DNA of 40,526 nucleotides, from positions 1 to 40,526 of the forward strand of contig CAMBTR010000003.1 in assembly GCA_945870885.1 (NCBI GenBank). Direction: 5' to 3'. Of the stretch, positions 1 to 10,100 are shown piece by piece (within the stretch, counting starts at the first letter, position 1; each line of letters begins with the position of its first letter). The translations under genes were made by a program, and so were the position numbers. Below the pieces are notes generated by a model that worked only from the letters and a program-made list of their open reading frames with translations, searched no databases and was not told the DNA's origin. This DNA comes from Chryseobacterium gleum (GTDB taxonomy: Bacteria; Bacteroidota; Bacteroidia; NS11-12g; UBA955).

Positions 1-675
1 ATTGTGAGTGGGATGGCCTATGGGGTTGATGCAATCGCCCACAGAACGGCATTGGAAACGGGACAAAAAACATGGGCTGTGCTTGCACACGGCCTTGAAA
101 AAATATACCCCGCGGCCCACCAGACATTTGCGCAGCAAATGCTGGCCGGCGGCGGGGGCCTAATATCCGAATTCCCCGTCGGCACAAAAATGCACCCCGA
201 CTATTTCCCCAAAAGAAATCGAATTGTTGCCGGCCTATGCGACGCAATCCTTGTCACCGAAAGCGGCATCAAAGGTGGATCCATGATTACAGCACGCATC
301 GCACATGGATATAATCGCGACGTATTTGCCGTCCCAGGAAGACCATCAGACCTTGCCTCCATCGGATGCAATTTTCTCATCCAAAAAAACATGGCCCAAA
401 TCACCACAAACGCCACTGATATTGGAGAAGCTATGAATTGGGAAAACAAAAACCCCAGCTCAAACGGAAATAATAATCATCAATTAAACCTCTTCCAACA
501 GTTAAACCCCATAGAAAAACAAGTCATGGAATGGCTGATGGAAGGAATTAACCACCCAAACAAAATGCTCGAAAAACAACAATGGGCAGCGGGCAAAATC
601 TCAATGGCACTGCTCGATTTAGAACTAAAGGGTCTGATTTGCGCTACGGGGGGCAATAACTACCGTCCGAATTAG
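1..675 (+). CDS. dprA: DNA-processing protein DprA (5'-truncated by the window edge)
   Basis: Frame is open from base 1 (IVSGMAYGVDAIAH). Motifs GGLISEFP, FPKRNRIVAGL, ESGIKGGSMITA and RDVFAVPG, plus a C-terminal winged-helix LLDLELKGLI. Confidence 0.95.
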   Translation: MVSGMAYGVDAIAHRTALETGQKTWAVLAHGLEKIYPAAHQTFAQQMLAGGGGLISEFPVGTKMHPDYFPKRNRIVAGLCDAILVTESGIKGGSMITARIAHGYNRDVFAVPGRPSDLASIGCNFLIQKNMAQITTNATDIGEAMNWENKNPSSNGNNNHQLNLFQQLNPIEKQVMEWLMEGINHPNKMLEKQQWAAGKISMALLDLELKGLICATGGNNYRPN

Positions 676-723
676 AAAGGAAATTATTTCCTCACAATCT
701 TGATCCCTAAGAAATTTGTCGGC

Positions 724-2568
724 TTAACGCTTTTTACCCTTTGGGGCGGAATTGGCGCGCTGCTGACTCGCCTTCATCGCATCTTCCATACGTTGCTGGA
801 ACTTGGATTTGGTAGCGGGTTTCTTGCGATTCTCCGCAATTTGCGCATGCAATTTGGTGTCGTCAACCGTTCTGCGAATCACCCATTGCTGACCAAACGT
901 GATCATGTTACTCACAAAATAATACCATGTTAATCCCGCTGCATAATCGTTCAAAACACCCAAGAAAATCACGGGCATGAAATATCCGATATACTTCATC
1001 TGACCTGTTACACCCGACAACTGATTGTTAAAGTGGGTATAAATCAAGGTAGAAACGGTCATCAAAATAGTAAAGAAACTCACGTGATCACCATAGAAAG
1101 GAATGGTGAATCCCAAATGCGGACCATCGTACTGACTCAAATCTGTAGCCCACATAAATGCTTTCTGTCTAAGCTCAAACGCATTTGGAAAGAACTGAAA
1201 CATCGCGAATAATATTGGCATCTGCAATAAAACAGGAACGCAACCACTCATCGGACTAACGCCCGCCTTGCGATACAACGCCATATTTTCCTGCTGCATT
1301 TTCTGCATATCGCTACCGTGCTTTTCCTTAATGACATCAATTTCTGGCTTGAGGATACGCATTTTGGCTGTACTGATATACGACTTGTAAACCAATGGCA
1401 ACAAGGCTGTTTTGATGATCACCGTAAGGAGCAAAATGATAATACCCATACTGCCTATCACACCATCCAAAGCATGAAAAACAGGAATCACCGCATAACG
1501 ATTCACCCAACCAAAGATCCCCCATCCCAAAGGAATGATGCTCTCTAGACCCGCATTTGGCATACCCAATTGCGCATCCTTCATCGTATAAAACTGGTTT
1601 GGGCCAAAATAGTAGCTAAATCCGTATGATTTCAGGGGCTGACGTTCGAAATCGACGTATACTTCAGCGTTTAAATCTTTGATCCGGTTCGCATCTTTCG
1701 TTTCTTTCCAAGCAATTTTCGCATCGCTCGAGAATCCGGAATCGGCAACCATCATCACAGAAAAATATTGCTGTTTAAAGCCAAACCAATCCAAATTATT
1801 CTTCAGTTCCTCACTCGCTGGGCTTGCCAAATCCAACTTATCCGCATCCTCACCATGCAATCGGTAAACAACAGTGGTATTCTGCGTTTCCCACTTCATG
1901 TCCTTCTCTTGCTTTTGCAATTGTGCCCTCCAAGTAATTTTGATACCCGAATTGCGCGATTTCACGATTTCATCGATGCCCTTGAGCTTCAATTCATGCT
2001 TTACAGTAAAACCATCCGCCGCCAAAGAATAAATCTGGTCGATGTATCTAGCCGAATCCCCCAAACGCAATGTCACTTGGTTCTCAGTTTGAGAAACAAC
2101 GTTCCAATAAAAATCGGCGCTATTCAAAGGGCCGTTGGCCGTGTAAAGTTCAAATGCCCATTGGTTGTCGTTCACTTGATTTGACAACAATTCCAACACG
2201 CTAGAATCGGAACGACGGTGATTGTTAAGGACAACGCGACCAATATTTCCACCTTTGGTGCGAATATCGATGCTCAATTCCTTGCTTTTTAGCTGAACTA
2301 AGCCTGGTTTGCCTTGCAATTGCGATGCAAATCCTCCGATTGTGCTCAACAAGGCGGAATCTTTTACGGGCGATGCCGTTTCAGAAATTGCTGCGCTACC
2401 TAATTTAGAAGGCGTTGGAGAAGTCACTTTCGCGGCCTCAACCCTTGCTACGCTATCGCGCTGACGTTGAAAAATTGCTTGTTCCTCCGCGGTGGGAGCC
2501 GTGTACCAATAGTATCCTATTAAGATTAGGAAAATGAGCGAAAAACCGGTAATTGTATTGCGATCCAT
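724..2568 (-). CDS. yidC: Membrane protein insertase YidC
   Basis: N-terminal TM segment, periplasmic domain (KQQYFS, YFGPN), and core GCVPVLLQMPILFAMFQFFP / LTWYYFVSN of Bacteroidota YidC. Confidence 0.96.
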   Translation of the reverse strand: MDRNTITGFSLIFLILIGYYWYTAPTAEEQAIFQRQRDSVARVEAAKVTSPTPSKLGSAAISETASPVKDSALLSTIGGFASQLQGKPGLVQLKSKELSIDIRTKGGNIGRVVLNNHRRSDSSVLELLSNQVNDNQWAFELYTANGPLNSADFYWNVVSQTENQVTLRLGDSARYIDQIYSLAADGFTVKHELKLKGIDEIVKSRNSGIKITWRAQLQKQEKDMKWETQNTTVVYRLHGEDADKLDLASPASEELKNNLDWFGFKQQYFSVMMVADSGFSSDAKIAWKETKDANRIKDLNAEVYVDFERQPLKSYGFSYYFGPNQFYTMKDAQLGMPNAGLESIIPLGWGIFGWVNRYAVIPVFHALDGVIGSMGIIILLLTVIIKTALLPLVYKSYISTAKMRILKPEIDVIKEKHGSDMQKMQQENMALYRKAGVSPMSGCVPVLLQMPILFAMFQFFPNAFELRQKAFMWATDLSQYDGPHLGFTIPFYGDHVSFFTILMTVSTLIYTHFNNQLSGVTGQMKYIGYFMPVIFLGVLNDYAAGLTWYYFVSNMITFGQQWVIRRTVDDTKLHAQIAENRKKPATKSKFQQRMEDAMKASQQRANSAPKGKKR

Positions 2569-2580
2569 GAATAAAGTGTG

Positions 2581-2588
2581 CGAAGTTA
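2581..2588 (-). promoter_or_regulatory. Probable -7 box (TAACTTCG) of the yidC promoter
   Basis: One mismatch to the Bacteroidota TAnnTTTG consensus, 12 nt upstream of the yidC ATG. Confidence 0.55.
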
Positions 2589-2652
2589 CAAAAAAAGTAG
2601 ACGGGCATTCTATGAAAAAATTGAAGTTCTAATAAATAATGATGGAAACCCC

Positions 2653-4209
<1,557 letters not shown>

Positions 4210-4217
4210 TTAAAGAT

Positions 4218-4448
4218 ATGTTTGTAGAAGTATTAACTCCAGATAAAACCTTATTCAGCGGAGACGCCGAAGTGATTACATTGCCTGGTGTAAACGGAAG
4301 CTTTCAGATCCTCGACAACCACGCACCTATGATTGCAAACTTGAAATCGGGGAACGTGGAAATCAAAAGCAGTACTCAAACCGAAACCTACGAAGTCAAA
4401 AGTGGATTGGTTGAAGTGCTGAAGAACAAAGTCGTTGTATTGGTTTAA
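4218..4448 (+). CDS. atpC: F0F1 ATP synthase subunit epsilon (short form)
   Basis: Starts 8 nt after atpD. VLTPD...LPGVNGSFQILDNHAPMI is the beta-sandwich signature; there is no C-terminal helical hairpin. Confidence 0.95.
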   Translation: MFVEVLTPDKTLFSGDAEVITLPGVNGSFQILDNHAPMIANLKSGNVEIKSSTQTETYEVKSGLVEVLKNKVVVLV

Positions 4449-4499
4449 TCGCCTTTGATATCCCACTCACAATTCGAGTCGGTTTAGATTAACAACATA

Positions 4500-4554
4500 T
4501 TTTCACAAAAAGCGAGAGGGCTCCCAGTGGGAGCCCTCTCGCTTTTTGTGAAAA
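4500..4554 (+). terminator. Intrinsic terminator / perfect inverted repeat with 27-bp arms downstream of atpC
   Basis: ttttcacaaaaagcgagagggctccca-g-tgggagccctctcgctttttgtgaaaa: GC-rich stem flanked by A and T tracts. Confidence 0.8.
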
Positions 4555-4676
4555 ACCAATACCATCCTCACAATTATAAAATTTCATCGACTGGCAGAAG
4601 GTACAAGAAAAAGCAATCAAACGAAAATGAACATAACTAAAAATCACAAAACCCCACAGAATACCAATTGTTCAAC

Positions 4677-4685
4677 TTATCCACA
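4677..4685 (+). promoter_or_regulatory. Perfect DnaA-box consensus TTATCCACA (function unproven)
   Basis: Exact 9-mer in an AT-rich intergenic region. Confidence 0.4.
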
Positions 4686-4769
4686 AAATACATCAACAAT
4701 CCAAGTCAAAATACCGTGCAAATAATTGATAATCAATAAGTTAAATAAATACACCCGGCAACAATTCGT

Positions 4770-4843
4770 TATTTTGTTTAACTTTATAACGACATTTCTT
4801 GTACAAGAAAATTTGATTAAACTTAAACAAAATACCATCTTTG
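4770..4843 (+). promoter_or_regulatory. Promoter/operator region of the ECF sigma gene with nested inverted repeats
   Basis: TTTG (4812-4815)-N20-CATCTTTG (4836-4843). Palindrome tttcttgtacaagaaa at 4795-4810. Outer IR tattttgtttaa (4770-4781) / ttaaacaaaata (4823-4834). Confidence 0.6.
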
Positions 4844-4857
4844 TATAAGATATCCGT

Positions 4858-5391
4858 ATGAGAATTATACAAAATGATTTCGACAAGAAAATAGCAGGGG
4901 AATTGCTTCCGCTAAGAAATTATGCATTGTCGCTCACCCACGACATGGACGACACCAAAGATTTAGTGCAAGACACAATCCTTAAAGCTTACAGATATCA
5001 GAGTAAATTCCAAGAAGGCACAAACCTTCGCGGTTGGCTTTATACCATTCTCAAAAATAGTTTCATCAACAACTACCGTCGTGACATGAAGCGTAATACA
5101 TTCTTGGACAGTACAGACAATTCATATTTTATTGATTTGCCGTCTCACAAAATCGACAACGATGCAGAGACTAAATTTATCCGCCAAGATCTGGAAGCTG
5201 CAATTGATGAACTATCCTTCGATTTAAGAGTGACGTTTAAACTAAATACCGAAGGTTACAAATACCACGAAATTGCCGAAGAAATGCAAATCCCAATTGG
5301 CACCGTAAAAACCCGCATATTTGTCGCCCGCCGTATTCTTCGCGAACGTCTTAAAGAATATGCTGTAGTTTACGGTTTACAAATGGCGTAA
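4858..5391 (+). CDS. ECF-type RNA polymerase sigma-70 factor
   Basis: Region 2 DLVQDTILKAYRY...NLRGWLYTILKNSFIN and region 4 GYKYHEIAEEMQIPIGTVKTRIFVARR. Resembles the sigma found in Bacteroidota carotenoid clusters. Confidence 0.93.
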   Translation: MRIIQNDFDKKIAGELLPLRNYALSLTHDMDDTKDLVQDTILKAYRYQSKFQEGTNLRGWLYTILKNSFINNYRRDMKRNTFLDSTDNSYFIDLPSHKIDNDAETKFIRQDLEAAIDELSFDLRVTFKLNTEGYKYHEIAEEMQIPIGTVKTRIFVARRILRERLKEYAVVYGLQMA

Positions 5392-5407
5392 ATTTGAGGT
5401 ATTCTTT

Positions 5408-6109
5408 ATGATACCCGATCACTTAACATACTTATTCTTGAATCTCGTCACGATTGCTGGCCCTTTAGCGCTATCATTCGACAAAAAAGTGGCATTCTAC
5501 AAGAACTGGAAACCGTTTACGCTATCTATGCTTGCAACGAGCACTATATACGTTGTATGGGATATCTGGTTCACCAAATCAAACGTATGGTTATTCAATC
5601 CGCAATTCGTATGCGGAAAATGGCTTGCTAGTCTCCCATTAGAAGAATACGTCTTCTTTATTATCATCCCATATGCCTGCCTTTTCATATATTCCTGCCT
5701 CAAGGCCTATCTACCTAACTTCTCGTTAAACAAAGCGCTCAAACCCATAGTGATTTCTCTAATGGCTATAAGCCTCATCGCAATAGCAATTAACCCGAGT
5801 CATTTATATACGACAATAACGTTTGGATTTTTATTCATCACACTGTTGGTGTTACTTCTCACCCGCTACACAGTGCATTTATCACACATCATTCTCGCTT
5901 GGATCATCGCTTTGCTCCCAATGGCATATGTCAATGGCATACTAACCAGCAAACCCGTATTGATTTACAACAACGCTCAAAACCTGGGAATTCGCATTGG
6001 CACGATACCTGTAGAAGATTTTTTCTATAACATGGTTTACATGCTATGGATGATTACGGTTTATGAAATCCTAAGAAGGAAAAATACAACTACTCCAAGC
6101 GAATCCTAG
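5408..6109 (+). CDS. Lycopene cyclase domain-containing membrane protein (CrtYc/Yd-type, two repeats)
   Basis: Hydrophobic protein with the two family motifs WD...W.FN...LPLEEYVFF and NGILT...YN...IPVEDFFY. Confidence 0.88.
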   Translation: MIPDHLTYLFLNLVTIAGPLALSFDKKVAFYKNWKPFTLSMLATSTIYVVWDIWFTKSNVWLFNPQFVCGKWLASLPLEEYVFFIIIPYACLFIYSCLKAYLPNFSLNKALKPIVISLMAISLIAIAINPSHLYTTITFGFLFITLLVLLLTRYTVHLSHIILAWIIALLPMAYVNGILTSKPVLIYNNAQNLGIRIGTIPVEDFFYNMVYMLWMITVYEILRRKNTTTPSES

Positions 6110-7080
6110 TGCCAAATCGCAGTATCAGCCAAACTCTTTTTCTTGGCCTTTTTGCGTTGACTTTTTGTTCCGGGTACAGGAATATACTTTTCAGGGTATT
6201 TCTTCAAATCCAGCATAATACTCTGCAATTGCGCATTGCTATTTCTAATATCAGCATATAGGGCTTCATCCTTAAGCAACTTACCCATACTACCCTTCCC
6301 CTGATTCAAATCATCCAATAAAAGAGCCAATTTTTCACTACTGGTAGATAAATTGTTTAACAACGACGCGATACGAACAGAATCCATCTGACGTCCAGCT
6401 TTATTGAAATGCTCCAATCCTTCACGTAACTGCCGATCATATTCCGGCAAATTACTCGAGAACGAACTCAAACTCCCTGATGTCTGTTTCAAAGCCGGTT
6501 CCAATGCAGCAATAGTTTTTCGAATTTCAACAATCGTAGCCGTTAGCTCATGCAATACTACAGGCACACTATTCACAGCTTCATTCAACTCTTGTTTATG
6601 TAGGAAAGCATTCAAAGTACCAAAAAGAGAATCCGCACTATTTGTAACATTCACGACTTTAGTGTTGATCATTCCAAATACGTCCTTAGAATAGTCAGGC
6701 TGTAAAACATCGCCATCTTCTGCTAAATCTTTAGAATTCCCCTTCAATAATTTCAAAGTTACCCCCCCAAGCAATTGTGCCTCAATTTTAATTTTAGAAT
6801 CCTCCGGAATATTCATATCCGAACTCACTTCAACAATTGCCACAATTTTCTGATTTTCATCCATCTTAAGACTCCGAACCATACCAATCTTAAAACCATT
6901 GTACATGAGTTTTGTACCAACCGACAACCCTTGGGTATTATCGTAATACACTTTAAAACTCCTACCACGATCAAACAGATTATCTCTGCCCATCATGAAA
7001 TTGTAGCCTAACAAGAGAATGCAGATCGACACAATGGCGAGCACCCCAACTTTGAATTCGTTTGATAGTCCTTTAAACAC
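6106..7080 (-). CDS. MlaD/MCE family protein
   Basis: N-terminal anchor SNEFKVGVLAIV, MCE motif GLSVGTKLMYNGFKIGMV, helical region, and end GSMGKLLKDEALY...DLKKYPEKY. Start placed at GTG 7080 because the ORF-track extension to 7161 runs through a terminator. Confidence 0.88.
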   Translation of the reverse strand: MFKGLSNEFKVGVLAIVSICILLLGYNFMMGRDNLFDRGRSFKVYYDNTQGLSVGTKLMYNGFKIGMVRSLKMDENQKIVAIVEVSSDMNIPEDSKIKIEAQLLGGVTLKLLKGNSKDLAEDGDVLQPDYSKDVFGMINTKVVNVTNSADSLFGTLNAFLHKQELNEAVNSVPVVLHELTATIVEIRKTIAALEPALKQTSGSLSSFSSNLPEYDRQLREGLEHFNKAGRQMDSVRIASLLNNLSTSSEKLALLLDDLNQGKGSMGKLLKDEALYADIRNSNAQLQSIMLDLKKYPEKYIPVPGTKSQRKKAKKKSLADTAIWH

Positions 7081-7123
7081 AGTAAATACGTTATTCAAAA
7101 ATAAGTAAAAAATACAAAGCTTA

Positions 7124-7159
7124 TAAAAAAAGAAAGGCCCCGCTTTCGCGGGGCCTTTC
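7124..7159 (-). terminator. Intrinsic terminator of the large T9SS cargo gene
   Basis: 12-bp stem gaaaggccccgc (7132-7143) / gcggggcctttc (7148-7159) with a GAAA loop on the minus strand, followed by a U-tract. Confidence 0.88.
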
Positions 7160-7177
7160 ACTATGAAATCTTAATGA

Positions 7178-10100
7178 TTAGTGTTTAACTACAACACGCT
7201 TAGTAACAGTTTCACCGTTGTTGGTCAAGTTCACGAAGTAGATACCTTCGCTTACGTTGCTCAAGTCGATTTGAGTGTTACCAAATCCACCTTGCAAGTT
7301 ATCCAACTTAGATACAACTGCACCGAATGCATTCGTAACTACTACGTTCAAAGGTTGGTTGTTGGTTAAGTTATAACCTACAGTCAACAATCCAGTAGTT
7401 GGGTTAGGATGAACAGAAACTGCATCTTGCAATTTCGCGCTCTCAGTTCCCATGTAAGTATTGAAGCAATTTGGTGGGTAAGCAACATATACTGGACGAG
7501 AAACCGCAGTTGCTTCGTTTCCACTAGGATCAACCAATGAATAATTGATATAGTAAACACCAGCCTCCATTACGTTCACGTTATGTCCCAATACTTTAAC
7601 CAAAGGCATCAAATCACCAGAAGAATAGTAGTTGTCACGTACAATCAAACCAGACATTGCCCAGAAAGGAGTAGCGATACATACAGAGATTGCAGGTGCA
7701 GTGATGGTAGGAGAAATCCTATCAACAACTTTGATGAAACGCTGCTTAGTTGTAACGTTTCCGCTACCGTCAGTTGCAGTGAATGTTTCAACATAAGTAC
7801 CCAAAGTATAAGCATCTACTTTACCAATCTTAGTAACTGAAAGTTGAGACTTAGAGTAAAAATTATCCGTTACAGTTACTGAACGTGAATAGTAAGAGTT
7901 GTTTACATCATGTAAAACAGTATCACTAGTATTCAATTCAATTTCTGGAGCAATATAATCGTCAACACGGTAGTTCAATACGAAACCATATTCAGTTGCT
8001 TTGTTACCAGAAGGATCAACTGCTTTATAAGTCACAGGGTATGTCGCACGGATGTTAGTGTTAACAGGACCGTTGAAACCTGGATTCTTAGAAACAAAGA
8101 TTGAACCGTTACAAGGATCCATTGAATAAACATCATCAACGAATACACCACCAATTTGAACATTGATAATTGTACCATCTACGATTGCCTTAGATAATTT
8201 CAAGATGCTAGGAACTTTAGTGTCTTTTACAACAACTACACGCTTGATAGAGATAGCATTCTTTTGTGCATCAGATACTGAGTAAACCAAAGTATAAACA
8301 CCTACAGTTCCAGCATCAACTTTACCAGCAATTTTGATTGCAGAAGTCAAGTTACCATCGTTAGCATCAATCGCTACAGCACCTGGCTCAGTGTAGGTAT
8401 CACACTGCTCCAACACCATAGTGTCTTTGCCATTCAATGTCAACTTAGGAGCAGTTTTGTCCAAAGCAACAATTACAGTACGGAATTTAGAAACAGCATT
8501 GTTTCCAGATGCATCGCGTAAATCAAATTGGAAACTGTAAATACCAGGAGCTGAACAGTCCAAGTCAGTTTTAACAACTACAGAAGAAGTCATATCACCT
8601 TGAGTTGCATCATTTGCCTTAAAAGTAGTTCCTGCGATTTCAGCATAGCATGCAGTCTTAGTTGCGGTTTTTTCAACACGTACAGTGTCTCCACCTATCA
8701 ATGTAATAACTGGAGCCTGACCATCGTTAGCCAATGTCAACACATAGTCCTCAAATTCACCTACAGTGTTAATTCCACAGTATGTATTTGAGAATCCACT
8801 GTAAGAAACACCAACACGCATACGGGTGTTACCTTCAAATGAATTAGAGATATCAGGTACAGTAAACTTACCACTCGCAGATGCGCCAGCAATTGTTCCG
8901 CTGCTATAAACTTCTTCACCAGCATCAGCAAAGTCACCATCGATATTCCAATCGACCCAAGCTTTGTAATTTACAGAGTTAGAAATTGTGTTACGTCCAA
9001 CAGTCAAGTCGTAAGTACCACCATAAGTCAATTTAGCCGGAGCCACTTTATCAGCGAAATTGGTGTAGTAATCAATACCTGAATTCGAAGTGTTATTAAT
9101 CAACTCAGTGCTACCAGACTTAACTGTTACATTATTGATTCCAACGTCAGCAGACATCAAATCAACCAAAGGAATACAATAGTCCAAACAAACAACATAT
9201 TTGTTTTTGATCAATTTTTTCTCTGTTGCAGTTTTTCCAGCTACAGAATTGTAAGCACTCAAAGTGAAAGTGTAAGCACCACCCTTTTGGAATTTCAACT
9301 GTGGGTTTTGGCTATTCTTATCTGTACCATTTTCATAAGTGAAAGAAGTAGGGAAAATGCTCCACTCGAAAGTGTTTGCATAGTCAGTCTTTGTAGTGAT
9401 TGTAATTACATCACCAATGTTAGGACGTACGTTGCTCGCAGTGTAATCCAAATAACCAGGAGCAGTTGGAGTGTTGATTGTGATTGATTTGCAGAATGTA
9501 TCAACACCTGTACAAGTCAAAGCAATCAAACATACCTGATAGCTACCATCTGTGTAGAAGGCACGGGTAAAGTCCGTAGTACTAGCCTCAGGGTTGCCAT
9601 CGACCTGCCACTCAAAAGAAGGAAGACCTTTTGCATTGCCTGTAGCATTTACAAAATTTACATTCAAACCATTTGCAGCTGGGTTGTAATCAGTTGTCCA
9701 TTTGGCTGAAGGCTTAACCGCTGGAGCCAATACAGACACCCAGTTGATGATGAAACCATTATCTGTTCCAGAACCGTTAGATTCAAACGTGATATACACA
9801 GCACCGCTTGTAGTTACGATTTTAGAAGTGTCATAAGCTGTAAAGTTATTCCCGTCAATTGTAGCAATCAACTTACTTGGAGTTGCCTCTTTCGCATCAT
9901 AAATACGCAAGATGTCACCATTATCTTTCAATTTCAATTCGCCAAAAGACAAAGTGATTTTGGTTGCTCCACAAGGAATGATTTTAAAATAGTCAATTGA
10001 AGTCTTACGACCGTTTCCATAAGGCGCCGTTGGACCACCGTTGTCATACAAACGACCTGCCTTAGATTGAGCCTCTTTAGAAGGTCCCATGTAATACTCA

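Noticed and set aside
4218-4448. Short epsilon subunit and atpD-atpC separated from the other atp genes
   Set aside because: Both are common in Bacteroidota; this is not a pseudogene or a novelty.
4601-4811. 11-bp direct repeat gtacaagaaaa at 4601 and 4801
   Set aside because: Short and A-rich, so plausible by chance. At most it is an auxiliary half-site of the palindrome.
4449-4857. Calling this spacer oriC
   Set aside because: Only one good DnaA box, no visible skew inversion, and no dnaA/mnmG context.
4677-4886. 69-aa minus-strand ORF in the atpC-sigma spacer
   Set aside because: It overlaps the promoter and the sigma start, is AT-rich, and has no recognisable motif.
7081-7161. N-terminal extension of MlaD in the ORF track
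   Set aside because: It runs through the terminator hairpin; GTG 7080 gives a normal N-terminus.
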